DNA of 64,000 nt from a virus (taxonomy: Duplodnaviria; Caudoviricetes), in the IMG/VR virus record IMGVR_UViG_3300021399_000010, positions 15,215 to 79,214 of that record; one strand, written 5' to 3'. The translations under genes were made by a program, and so were the position numbers. The notes beneath the pieces are model-generated. The model made no database searches and was not told where the DNA came from. It saw only the letters and a list, made by a program, of their open reading frames with translations. Numbering within the stretch: position 1 is the stretch's first letter; each line of letters opens with the position of its first letter. Shown here piece after piece: positions 53,661-63,018 of the stretch.

Positions 53661-56600
53661 ATGGAAAATTACAACGAGATACCGAAGACTGGAACGATTG
53701 GTGGGATGGTGGACAACATCAACGCCAACTTCCAACTCACGAAGGAGATGTTGGAGAGACTGGAGGTGACGAAAGACCATGCCGTGGGACTCTTCTCCAC
53801 ACTTGCGACATTGCAAGCAGCCTATCCATCACCCGAAGTTGGTGACTGGGCACTGGTGGGTGACACCACACCTTTTGCCATCTACAAGTGTACCACGGCG
53901 GGTACATGGAGCGACACTGGAGGCACTTACGACGGAGGAACTATCGACCTTTCCGACTATGTAAAGCAGGCGCAGTTTGCAGAACTTGCCGCAGATGTCG
54001 CAGGGGGATGCGCAAGAATCTCCCTTGCTGGTGCGGCCCTTTCCTTGGTGTCGGTGAGATTCTATGGAGTGTGTGCAGGACATACCTATCGTCTGTACAT
54101 CCAAAGACCTTCCGTAGACATGACTGGAGTTACCTACACAACGTCTGGTTATGCAATGCTGGAAATCACCCGTAGGGACAAGAGTGGAAACAAAATGCCG
54201 AGCGAAACCGATGTCGTGAAAGTCGGTTGCAACAAGAAGTCGGAGCCTCTTGCCGCCTACTACGACATCAAAATTGATGCCTCCATGACCGAGATTGACA
54301 ACATACAAGTTGCCATGAGAGCGGCAACGGGGTGGGTGCAGTGGTTTCAATTGGAGGACATTACCGAAAGCGCCAACGACAAAGGCTACATTCCAAACAT
54401 CTCGTTGATAGGCACTGGCAATGACATCGCCTATTCTGCATTTTATAAGGGAGTGAAAGGTGGTCGGAAATACCGCATTCTCATCAAGACCCCAAACATC
54501 GACATGAGCGGTGTGACCAACACCAACTCACGGCTCATCATCTACCTCGTCAACCTCGCCACAATGGTGGTGGACACCACCTCGCAGATTGTCAGATGGA
54601 ACAAGGCGGACACACTGCCCGACTACTACGATTTGGAAGTCCCCGACGACGGCATCAATTATGCGCTGCATTATTGCATGAGGGCCACCGCTGGCGCAGA
54701 GCAGATATTGGAAGTCATCGACATGACCGACTTCGGAGAGGGAGGCGGCGGAGGCGGTGATGAGGGCGGAGTTCCCGACATGATGTCTGTGAGCGGCTCA
54801 ACGGACAGAAATGCCATGTACAACACTGGCTACACGGCTAAGGCTTTTACCAATGGTCACACCTATCGGGTGTATCTGTCCGATGCACATTTAGAGCTCA
54901 TAGACCCTGCCCCAGGCAGCACATGGGACATCTTCAACATCATCCTCGCTCCCGAGCATGACGGCTCGATGCCGCCTGATTCTGGCGACAGTTCATGGGA
55001 GGGAAGGTCTATCTTCCTTAAAGTGGCCTACAACCAAAGACCCCTGCAACCCTATTACGATTTCCCGATTCCAGATGACGGGCAGAAGTGGCATGTAAGA
55101 TTCAGCGGCCGATGCGGCAGCACCATGACCTTTTCCTTTGAAGACCTCACCGAGGGCGAGGAGGACACCGCAAGCGGCACGGGCGGCACTTCCATGCTCT
55201 CGCTCATTCAAGGCAACATCGACCAAAACGGCAAGGCGGACAATGCGACCGACTATGTACACACATCGCCCATCGCAGGAGGCAGGGGCTTCTTCCTCTT
55301 GCTCAACGAGGGATATGAGATACATGACATCAGACTCTTTACCTCTGACGGCACACTCATCTGCCATTCCTACCTCCCCCTTGCGGTGAACTGCTCCCCC
55401 TCTTCCGTCTACAAGAGAGAGAGCGGACTGCGGTGCTACTACGGCAATATGTCCATGCCGCAGGGGTATTATATGTCCGTCATCATCACCAAGGTCAGCA
55501 CAACGGGCGGTACGAGGAGCGAAATAACACCGCAAGACAAGGCGGTGATGGAGTTCACCTACATGGACAACCCACATCTCCACTACACCAGCCCTACGGC
55601 AGAACCTTGGGTTGGAACGCAGACGCAGTACGATGCCCTCACAGCCGCCCAAAAGGCATCGCTCGACTGCATCATCGTGGAAGGTGACACGACGGTGTCC
55701 TACATTCCGAGGAACAAGGCTGGTTATGTGCGTGAGCGGTACAAGCAGCTTACCAATGTGGTATGGACACCGAAGGCGGCAGTACCTGTGTCGCAAGGGG
55801 CAAGCACATGGCCTAACTACCTCTACCTTGAAGGCGAATCAAGAATTGGAACACCTTACAGCGAGGTTGCGCAATTTGAAAAATACATTGGAGTTCATGT
55901 CAGCCTCTATACCTTCCTCACAGCCGTCCACAACAAGCGGAGTGTTCTCTATACGGAAGACCTTAACAAAAGAACCTCCTCCTACGGGTACATCTACGGC
56001 TCTCCGTCTTGGGTGGCGGGTCTGTTAGCACCTTTTTACGGGTGTGTGTGTAGCGGTCTGACCTGCCATGCGCTCGACTTGAAGAGCATCTACACGGCTG
56101 CTCTCTACAATCCAACAAGGTCTGACAAAGTGCCTAACTTTGAATCAGTGGAGGTCGACTTCGAAAACCTCATGCCGCTCGACATTATCGCCTACAAGAC
56201 CCATGTTTCGATGTGCTCTGATGTGATTTATGACGATGACGGCAACCGAAAGTTCATCGTGTGGACTGAGCAGACAAGGCCAGTAGCCATGTCCTCGCCC
56301 ATGACAAAGGAAATCTTCGATGCAAGAGTGGCGGCGGTCAATGCCGACTCGTCAAGAGGGCCAGTCTACATTATGCGTTTCACTGGATGGGACAATGTAA
56401 GCAAGGCAATGGAAGAGCCTGTTCAGACTGACCTTGCCGACCTGCCGAGGAACATTGATTATGTCGATGAAATCTGCACGCACCTTGGCGACAAGCCGAG
56501 TGTTGGCTTGAATGACATTCTCTATCTGAATTGTTTCCGCAACAGTAAGTACACCTCATGCGTCATCGAGAAGTCGACCGACCATGGCGCAACGTGGAGC

Positions 56601-57044
56601 GCATTCTCAACCGTTAACATCTCCTCTCTCGCTGCCGACACCCTCTATCCCGAAGATGGGGAAGACTGGGTGAGAGTGGATTTGTGCGCTACGAAGACCT
56701 ACGGAATGTATAGGGCGCATTTGGAAGGAGGCGGTTCGACAAGCGGCTACACCCACTGGGAAGTTATTGACAACACTGCAAGCATCATCAAAGAGTCTGG
56801 TGCGACTAATGCGACTATTTCCTTCGCCAATGACTACTGCAATCCCTACCTTGTCCAAAGATGCCGAAGAGCCAATGCCTATCTGCCGTATGGTGAGGCG
56901 AGATACCCGACCGTGCTTGAAAATGGTACTGGCAAAATGAGTGTGGATTGGGTGTACAGCGAGAGTCTCGACACCTGCGCCCGAATCTTCTGGAGAGGTG
57001 ACTACGGAGTGGTATTCGCAGATGTAGAACTTCCGAAATCGTAA
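53661..57044 (+). CDS. Tail fibre / receptor-binding protein with three tandem modules and a papain-like domain
   Basis: LQAAYPSPEVGDWALVG N-terminus; three ~120-aa repeats; GTPYS...VCSGL...THVSM. Confidence 0.75.
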   Translation: MENYNEIPKTGTIGGMVDNINANFQLTKEMLERLEVTKDHAVGLFSTLATLQAAYPSPEVGDWALVGDTTPFAIYKCTTAGTWSDTGGTYDGGTIDLSDYVKQAQFAELAADVAGGCARISLAGAALSLVSVRFYGVCAGHTYRLYIQRPSVDMTGVTYTTSGYAMLEITRRDKSGNKMPSETDVVKVGCNKKSEPLAAYYDIKIDASMTEIDNIQVAMRAATGWVQWFQLEDITESANDKGYIPNISLIGTGNDIAYSAFYKGVKGGRKYRILIKTPNIDMSGVTNTNSRLIIYLVNLATMVVDTTSQIVRWNKADTLPDYYDLEVPDDGINYALHYCMRATAGAEQILEVIDMTDFGEGGGGGGDEGGVPDMMSVSGSTDRNAMYNTGYTAKAFTNGHTYRVYLSDAHLELIDPAPGSTWDIFNIILAPEHDGSMPPDSGDSSWEGRSIFLKVAYNQRPLQPYYDFPIPDDGQKWHVRFSGRCGSTMTFSFEDLTEGEEDTASGTGGTSMLSLIQGNIDQNGKADNATDYVHTSPIAGGRGFFLLLNEGYEIHDIRLFTSDGTLICHSYLPLAVNCSPSSVYKRESGLRCYYGNMSMPQGYYMSVIITKVSTTGGTRSEITPQDKAVMEFTYMDNPHLHYTSPTAEPWVGTQTQYDALTAAQKASLDCIIVEGDTTVSYIPRNKAGYVRERYKQLTNVVWTPKAAVPVSQGASTWPNYLYLEGESRIGTPYSEVAQFEKYIGVHVSLYTFLTAVHNKRSVLYTEDLNKRTSSYGYIYGSPSWVAGLLAPFYGCVCSGLTCHALDLKSIYTAALYNPTRSDKVPNFESVEVDFENLMPLDIIAYKTHVSMCSDVIYDDDGNRKFIVWTEQTRPVAMSSPMTKEIFDARVAAVNADSSRGPVYIMRFTGWDNVSKAMEEPVQTDLADLPRNIDYVDEICTHLGDKPSVGLNDILYLNCFRNSKYTSCVIEKSTDHGATWSAFSTVNISSLAADTLYPEDGEDWVRVDLCATKTYGMYRAHLEGGGSTSGYTHWEVIDNTASIIKESGATNATISFANDYCNPYLVQRCRRANAYLPYGEARYPTVLENGTGKMSVDWVYSESLDTCARIFWRGDYGVVFADVELPKS

Positions 57045-57047
57045 ACT

Positions 57048-58727
57048 ATGGCAAGAATAATCAAAGGGCGGCAGATGACTGCAAGATATTACAAGGGCAG
57101 GGAAGTGCTCAAAGAGTACAAGCAGGGGAGGCTGGTGTATGAGAAGTCCACCTCCATCCCCGACTACCTCTGCTTCACGGCTCTTGAAAGTGGCACATTC
57201 ACCTTGACCATCCCTGCTGCGGTGACACCCACCTATCTCTCCTATGTGGAGTGGAGCAAAGACGGGAGGACATGGAATCACACCGACAACACATCTGAGG
57301 CGGTGACCATCCAAGTAGATGTGGCGAGTGGCGAGAAGGTGTATTGGAGGGGGAGTGGAAGGCGTATGGCCACGGGTTATCCAGATGGACGATTTAGCAA
57401 GTTTTCTTCTACTTGCCAGTTTGATTTGAGCGGTGATATACGCAGCATCCTATATCTCGATGACTTTAGTGTTACCACAACGACTCAGCAATATTGTTTC
57501 ACTGGATTATTTTACGGGGCATCAGTCATAGATGCCTCCAACTTGCGACTTGCACTTACTGGCGATTCTGCTTATATGATGTGTTTTAGAGGATGCACAC
57601 AACTCGTACATGCACCATCTCTGATGGAGGGGGGTGCTATAATGCACTGGCAATTCCATACAACTTACCAAGGATGCAATAGACTTGTTACTGGTACCGA
57701 CATCCAAGCGACCTCAGTTGCCAGCGTAGGATGCTATTATACATATAGAGGCTGCACATCATTGATGAAGGCTCCAGACATCTCATCTGTCATATCCGTT
57801 GGACAGCAAGGTTTCTATGCGATGTTCTATAACTGCTCAAGTCTTAATTATGTAAAATGTCTCGCCTCTTCATTTTATGAGGATGACACTACCTCTAATG
57901 CCGCTACTTATGCTTGGTTAAGCGGTGTCAGCAGCACAGGCACATTCATCCAAGCCGAGGGAGTCACATGGCCCCGAGGTGCAAGCGGTATTCCTACGGG
58001 GTGGGTGGATGTTGAGAAGAGGACAATGCCAAGCGGGTACAAGCAGGTAGAGTATCTGCAAGCGGTCAAGCCTTACCCATCGAATTACAATGCTGCTATT
58101 GTTGGCACGGGAATAGTCCTCGACCCTTCGCAAGACACCATCGAGTATGCGGTGTGGCCACGGCTTGATGAAGATGGCTATCTTATCAATGGCGGAGGGA
58201 GTACAGCAGGAGAGATGCCATTTGCTAACAGCAGTTCGCCTACATCTCCTACTGCAAAAGTCGGTTTTTTCTATTCATTGTATCGTGTCAATTCCTCTAC
58301 CAATCTATTCTCGACCTTTTTCACCCGTGAAAATGGTGACGGCACAAATAAGGCTTTAGGCTCTTCTTTGGATGCCATAAATAAAGTGACTGACAGTCCT
58401 CAGACTATTAGGGTTGAGTTCAGTGCAACATCTTCCGTGATGTATTTGAATGGCACTCAAGTGGCATCAAGAAGCGGCTACACTGTTGACACCTCCGACA
58501 TGGCCACCATGCAAGCCTTTGTGCTTGCTTACAACAATAAGACATATAGTTGGGAACACCCCTTCTACTACCTAAAGTGGTGGAGAGGAGCAAACCTTAT
58601 AGCCGACTATGTGCCATGCGTCAGAGAGAGTGATGACGAGGTTGGCTTCTACGACTTTGCCTCTCAGACATTCAAGACAAGATACTACACAAGTTCAGAG
58701 CCTTTCACAGCAGGCGAAGAAATTTAA
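57048..58727 (+). CDS. Receptor-binding protein with BspA-type LRRs and a C-terminal beta-sandwich
   Basis: Repeats FRGCTQLVHAP, YQGCNRLVTG, YRGCTSLMKAP, FYNCSSLNYV; C-terminal ADYVPCVRESDDEVGFYD. Confidence 0.75.
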   Translation: MARIIKGRQMTARYYKGREVLKEYKQGRLVYEKSTSIPDYLCFTALESGTFTLTIPAAVTPTYLSYVEWSKDGRTWNHTDNTSEAVTIQVDVASGEKVYWRGSGRRMATGYPDGRFSKFSSTCQFDLSGDIRSILYLDDFSVTTTTQQYCFTGLFYGASVIDASNLRLALTGDSAYMMCFRGCTQLVHAPSLMEGGAIMHWQFHTTYQGCNRLVTGTDIQATSVASVGCYYTYRGCTSLMKAPDISSVISVGQQGFYAMFYNCSSLNYVKCLASSFYEDDTTSNAATYAWLSGVSSTGTFIQAEGVTWPRGASGIPTGWVDVEKRTMPSGYKQVEYLQAVKPYPSNYNAAIVGTGIVLDPSQDTIEYAVWPRLDEDGYLINGGGSTAGEMPFANSSSPTSPTAKVGFFYSLYRVNSSTNLFSTFFTRENGDGTNKALGSSLDAINKVTDSPQTIRVEFSATSSVMYLNGTQVASRSGYTVDTSDMATMQAFVLAYNNKTYSWEHPFYYLKWWRGANLIADYVPCVRESDDEVGFYDFASQTFKTRYYTSSEPFTAGEEI

Positions 58728-58747
58728 ACCCCATAAACCCAAACAAT

Positions 58748-59875
58748 ATGCGACAAGAACTGAGATTTTATCGAACTGAAAAGGCTATCGAAATCGAGGC
58801 CGAGGGGCAAGTCATCGCCACACTGCCGATGATTGAGACCTCGCAACCCACACCTGCTCCCGAACCCACCCCGAAGAGCATCACCTACACCTTCGGCGAG
58901 TGGCAACCCCAGGTGACCCACACAAGGCTCACCGAGCCGAAGGGCGATTGGGCGGTGCTCAACTCCCTCTCCGAGAACAAGCGGAGCATCCATCTGCCCG
59001 CCAACGTTACCAACCCCAAAGGCATCCTATCGCTGACCATCAAGAAGCAGACAGCAAAGTATGGCTCAGAGGAAAAACCCTACACATCGGGCCTCGTCTA
59101 TAGTGCCAAGATGTTCGGCCTTGGAAGAGTGGATGTAAGAGCGAACCTCCAATTCGCCCTCGACATCAAGAACAGCATCTGGCTCACCACATCAGCCTAC
59201 ACCACAAGAGACACGGGGAAGCTGAAACAGCTCATCGAGTGCGATGTCGTGGAATACACGGGTGCAGACACGGGCGAGTACAACACCGCCCGAGGCATGT
59301 GGCTTTGGCAGGAAAACAAGCAGTCCGTATCTGCCGACCGACTTCCCTACAACGACCTCACGACCAAGACCTCCCTATCGGGCGGAAGTTGGTGGTGGGT
59401 GGCCAGTCACAATGCGTGGTATCAATGGACACTCTACCCCGTGTGTAGGAATGGCAACCGCTTCAAGGGAACGAACGGCAAGTACTACTTCATCACCAAC
59501 ACCGAGCGAGGCACTTACATCCCCTCCACCGAACTGACATGGATTCGTGAGGACGGAGTAGAGGGCAAAGGTCTTGACGGCAACAAGTACTTCACAGTTG
59601 AACCTACCGACCCCATCGGCGGAGGAGCAGTGAAGAGCCAATTCTTGGACGGGAAGACAAAAATCGCAGGCTGGCACAAGTGGTCAATCGTCATGGACAA
59701 CACCTACATCGCCTACCTCTGCGATGACAAGGAGTACTGGCGCAGTCCCGAACCGCTCACCCTTCCCGACGACCTCACATACAACCTCATCTTCGCCACC
59801 AACTCCATCACCGACCGCTACACGGGCGAGCACACCATGCAAGTCGAGAGTGTAACCTTCACACCGAAGCAGTGA
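58748..59875 (+). CDS. GH16-family glycoside hydrolase
   Basis: YTSGLVYS, FGLGRVDVRANL, NSIWL, catalytic ExDxxE (ECDVVE at 59237-59254), WHKWSIVM. Confidence 0.8.
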   Translation: MRQELRFYRTEKAIEIEAEGQVIATLPMIETSQPTPAPEPTPKSITYTFGEWQPQVTHTRLTEPKGDWAVLNSLSENKRSIHLPANVTNPKGILSLTIKKQTAKYGSEEKPYTSGLVYSAKMFGLGRVDVRANLQFALDIKNSIWLTTSAYTTRDTGKLKQLIECDVVEYTGADTGEYNTARGMWLWQENKQSVSADRLPYNDLTTKTSLSGGSWWWVASHNAWYQWTLYPVCRNGNRFKGTNGKYYFITNTERGTYIPSTELTWIREDGVEGKGLDGNKYFTVEPTDPIGGGAVKSQFLDGKTKIAGWHKWSIVMDNTYIAYLCDDKEYWRSPEPLTLPDDLTYNLIFATNSITDRYTGEHTMQVESVTFTPKQ

Positions 59876-59957
59876 TGGATGAGGAAGAAGTAACCGACAT
59901 TGAACCAATCGGAAAGGGAGACCTTGATTGGTGAGCACAGCAAAACAAAGAATAGAT

Positions 59958-60101
59958 ATGGATGAATTTGACTTTGACAAACTAAAGTATTATGATGAGT
60001 CCGCAAGGAATCCAGATGACTCTATAGGTGGTTGTCTTGGTGTTGCATTAGGATTTGTCTTGTCATTGATAATATGTATAATATTAAACTGTATGACATG
60101 A
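59958..60101 (+). CDS. 47-aa single-TM peptide
   Basis: Hand translation MDEFDFDKLKYY...GGCLGVALGFVLSLIICIILNCMT. Confidence 0.5.
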   Translation: MDEFDFDKLKYYDESARNPDDSIGGCLGVALGFVLSLIICIILNCMT

Positions 60102-60178
60102 GCAAGAATACAACAAAAACATTGTTACTGGTGTTATCAGTGGCAATCACAACCATAGCACTTCTTTTGCTATTATAG
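60098..60178 (+). CDS. 26-aa single-TM peptide
   Basis: MSKNTTKTLLLVLSVAITTIALLLLL; ATGA-coupled to the previous ORF. Confidence 0.45.
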   Translation: MSKNTTKTLLLVLSVAITTIALLLLL

Positions 60179-60217
60179 ATACTGACTATTCCATTGTAAT
60201 TGTAAATGTTTAATGTT

Positions 60218-60258
60218 GCGCATCGGTGTACAAATCAGTACATCGGTGCGCTTCTTTT
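60218..60258 (+). terminator. Intrinsic terminator ending the late operon
   Basis: 14-bp stem with two G-U pairs (strand-specific) plus TTCTTTT. Confidence 0.8.
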
Positions 60259-60319
60259 ATGGTATTGTGTTTGCAATATCAACGTAGTTAATTGGACTTA
60301 AATAAGTCCATGTTATAAC

Positions 60320-60345
60320 GGATTTGTTTTGTTTATATTTTTGTT
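60320..60345 (+). promoter_or_regulatory. Probable Bacteroidota promoter for the 60.4-kb module
   Basis: TATTTTTG (TAnnTTTG) with TTTG upstream, about 55 nt before ATG 60397. Confidence 0.5.
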
Positions 60346-60396
60346 GCGTAACGTTACGAGTCTAATAATTAAAGTCAAACAAAAATTTAAACAATT

Positions 60397-61365
60397 ATGG
60401 CAGAGATTTATCAATTACCCGAAAACGGGAACTCCAATGGTAATGCTACCATTCCTTTCTCGATTCCCATCGGTTTCGGCGGTTATGGCGGCAATGGTAT
60501 GTTTGGTAACGGTAATGGTTTCAACTCCATAGCTGACCTCTTCGGACTTGCTATCATCGCATCCATGTTTGGATGGGGCAACGGAGGTTTCGGCGGCGGT
60601 TTCGGTTTTGGAGGCAATAGCGGAGCAGGCTTCATTTCAAACCAACTCAACAATGACAGTGGTCGGGAACTTCTCATGAACGCAATCACCAACCAAGGTG
60701 AGGCATCGAGAACTGCAATCCAGACTCTTTCCACTATGTTGGGACAAGACTTCAACCTTGTGAACGCAGGAATCCAGAGTGCTCAGAACACATTGAACCA
60801 AATCGCCAATCAGCAGGGAATGTCTACCTTGCAGCTGATTAATGCAGTCCAAGCAGGTGATGCCGCATTGACGAGTACCATTCAGAAGTGTTGTTGTGAC
60901 AATCAACTTGCGTTATGCCAGCAGACGAACGCATTGCAGAATGGCATCAATGGCGTACAGCAAAGTATTGCGTCAAAGAGTGCGGCTGACCAGCTTGCCA
61001 TGTGCCAGCAGACCTACAATCTTACCGACACGATGAACCGCAACTACCTTGCTCTTGACAACAAGATAGATGCAATGGAGTCAAGTCGCAAGGATAGGGA
61101 GATTTCCGCACTCACCGCACAAGTCGCAAAGCTTGAGTCGCAGAACTTCACCGCAGGAATCGTTCAGCAAGCAGTTGCTCCCATCAATGCTCAACTTGCT
61201 GGTCTTGCAAACGAGGTGGATGGCATTAAGTGCAAACTTCCCTCAACCGTAAACGTTCAGTATCCGAATCTTATTGCGATGAATGCGACACCCTATGTTA
61301 GTGGTGGTTTCTATCCCAACGGTTACGGATACAACGGTTTCGGGAACGGGAATCTGGTGTTCTGA
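60397..61365 (+). CDS. Gly-rich, TM, coiled-coil protein with a CCC motif
   Basis: GFGG-rich N-terminus around IADLFGLAIIASMFGWG, Gln/Asn-rich heptads, KCCCDN. Confidence 0.85.
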   Translation: MAEIYQLPENGNSNGNATIPFSIPIGFGGYGGNGMFGNGNGFNSIADLFGLAIIASMFGWGNGGFGGGFGFGGNSGAGFISNQLNNDSGRELLMNAITNQGEASRTAIQTLSTMLGQDFNLVNAGIQSAQNTLNQIANQQGMSTLQLINAVQAGDAALTSTIQKCCCDNQLALCQQTNALQNGINGVQQSIASKSAADQLAMCQQTYNLTDTMNRNYLALDNKIDAMESSRKDREISALTAQVAKLESQNFTAGIVQQAVAPINAQLAGLANEVDGIKCKLPSTVNVQYPNLIAMNATPYVSGGFYPNGYGYNGFGNGNLVF

Positions 61366-61389
61366 TTAAGGATATAGGAGGTAAAAGGT

Positions 61390-61734
61390 ATGAGTTGTAG
61401 TTGTAATTGCAATATAACGACAAATGCTGGTGGTATTCCTTATATCAGCAACACTAACGTAACGGTCGGAACGGACACCGTGGACATCGCATTGGGATTC
61501 CGTCGCATTCAGCCCGTTGGGTACTTTACGGTACACATGGAGAATGCAATCCCTGCTGATGCAACCACAACGCTTCCTGTGACACTTACGATGAACGGTG
61601 TTACAAGGAACTTGACATTGTACAACGGTGATGCAGTGACAGTGGCAGAACTGATTGGTGGAACTGGTGTTTTCCTTGTGTTCAATAACCGTTTCGATGG
61701 CATACTTCAATTGATGTCAAGAACTATTGCGTAA
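61390..61734 (+). CDS. Beta-rich protein with N-terminal CSCNC
   Basis: 114 aa; AGGAGGT 7 nt upstream. Confidence 0.8.
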   Translation: MSCSCNCNITTNAGGIPYISNTNVTVGTDTVDIALGFRRIQPVGYFTVHMENAIPADATTTLPVTLTMNGVTRNLTLYNGDAVTVAELIGGTGVFLVFNNRFDGILQLMSRTIA

Positions 61735-61752
61735 CAATTAATATTTTCAATT

Positions 61753-62274
61753 ATGGATTTTAACAGTCTTGGTAATGGTAATCCGTTTTATGTATTGAGA
61801 AAGGGAGAGAAACCCGTCTTGGAGGTTGGTGTTGTCAAGTCAAAATCACAACCAAGGGCAAAGTTTCCGACCCAGACACCGAACATCATGTCTGGTGTGC
61901 AGATGCAGCAAGTCATCGATGTAACCGCAACAATAAACGGAAGGGATGAGGTATTCAGTGATATACCTGTGAATGTTGAGATAGCAGCGAGGGGAAATGA
62001 CACCTTTAGTGGCAGTCGGGAAGCAATGCTCCAAGCGGTGGATGCAATGTTGCAGACATCAAAGAAAGCACTTGAACAAGTATCATACCACAAAGGTGTT
62101 ATTACAGAAAGTGAGAAGATGCTTGAGGTGTTGAATCCGAGATATGCGGAAGAGAAGCGTCAAGCAAGGACAATAAGTGATTTGGAGAAGCGTCAAGCTG
62201 CAACCGACCAGAAACTCGATGCTATACTTGGCATCTTGCAGAAACTCGACTCTCCGTCACCAAGTTCTGTTTAG
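61753..62274 (+). CDS. Hypothetical protein, beta N-terminus and coiled-coil C-terminus
   Basis: 173-aa ORF in the module. Confidence 0.8.
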   Translation: MDFNSLGNGNPFYVLRKGEKPVLEVGVVKSKSQPRAKFPTQTPNIMSGVQMQQVIDVTATINGRDEVFSDIPVNVEIAARGNDTFSGSREAMLQAVDAMLQTSKKALEQVSYHKGVITESEKMLEVLNPRYAEEKRQARTISDLEKRQAATDQKLDAILGILQKLDSPSPSSV

Positions 62275-62308
62275 TTAAGTCGTAACCAATAAAAAAATAC
62301 ACAATACT

Positions 62309-62542
62309 ATGGCTTGGATTTTTGTAGACAAAGAAGAAGAGAGCGGAAAGCAACAGATGCGTTCCAACATGCGTCAGATGATGCGTAGTGGTGGTTATCG
62401 CAACTATGGTGGTGGCAACAGCGGTAGTTATCGTGATGGCTACCGTCAAGGCTACAGGCATGGTTGGGAAGACTCCGAGGACGACATGGAAGATGATTCC
62501 GAATTTCGGCGGCGCAGAGACAGTCGTGGACGATTTATGTAG
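62309..62542 (+). CDS. Small disordered Gly/Tyr/Arg-rich protein
   Basis: GGYRNYGGGNSGSYRDGYRQGYRHG, acidic patch, ends RRRRDSRGRFM. Confidence 0.75.
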   Translation: MAWIFVDKEEESGKQQMRSNMRQMMRSGGYRNYGGGNSGSYRDGYRQGYRHGWEDSEDDMEDDSEFRRRRDSRGRFM

Positions 62543-62566
62543 AGGTGAGTAACAAATATTTATCAT

Positions 62567-62597
62567 AGGGGGGAGATTTTATTGTTTCCCCCTTTTA
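62567..62597 (+). terminator. Hairpin inside the module
   Basis: GGGGGA...TCCCCC followed by TTTT. Confidence 0.5.
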
Positions 62598-62622
62598 GTT
62601 AAACAAATAAACAAAGAATAAT

Positions 62623-63015
62623 ATGAAACAATACATTTCTGAGGGGGAGGCAATATACATGGATAAGAACTTTGGTTTGTTCAGCAGGAGACTTGCGGAG
62701 TGGGCAATCTCAAATATGGAAACCAAAGAAGGTAAGGAAATGAAGCCCATTAAGGCGAAGCCTTTAAGGGAGTTTGAGGATATACTCAAGGAGTACAAGG
62801 TTGAGTTGCAAGAAGAGTTTGTGTACACTGGTTGGTATCTCTACAACATGGCAATTGCAGACTATCCGCAAACATTGAAGACGGATGAGCAGCGAGTTAA
62901 GTTTGTTGAGGAGACGATATGTGACCCAGATGGTTCGCCAGAGAATGTCCTTGCTTGTTTTGTTGCCAAGATGTGTGTCGCAGGAGTACCCATATATTGG
63001 GAGAAATATTTGTAA
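62623..63015 (+). CDS. Helical hypothetical protein
   Basis: 130 aa; YLYNMAIADY, DPDG, GVPIYWEKYL. Confidence 0.8.
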   Translation: MKQYISEGEAIYMDKNFGLFSRRLAEWAISNMETKEGKEMKPIKAKPLREFEDILKEYKVELQEEFVYTGWYLYNMAIADYPQTLKTDEQRVKFVEETICDPDGSPENVLACFVAKMCVAGVPIYWEKYL

Positions 63016-63018
63016 GCT

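Noticed and set aside
52440-57314. Minus-strand ORFs opposite the tail genes (e.g. 54993..55796, 56607..57314)
   Set aside because: Antisense shadows expected from C-ending codon bias; no recognisable products.
53661-60396. Diversity-generating retroelement
   Set aside because: No reverse transcriptase ORF and no template/variable repeat pair visible in the window.
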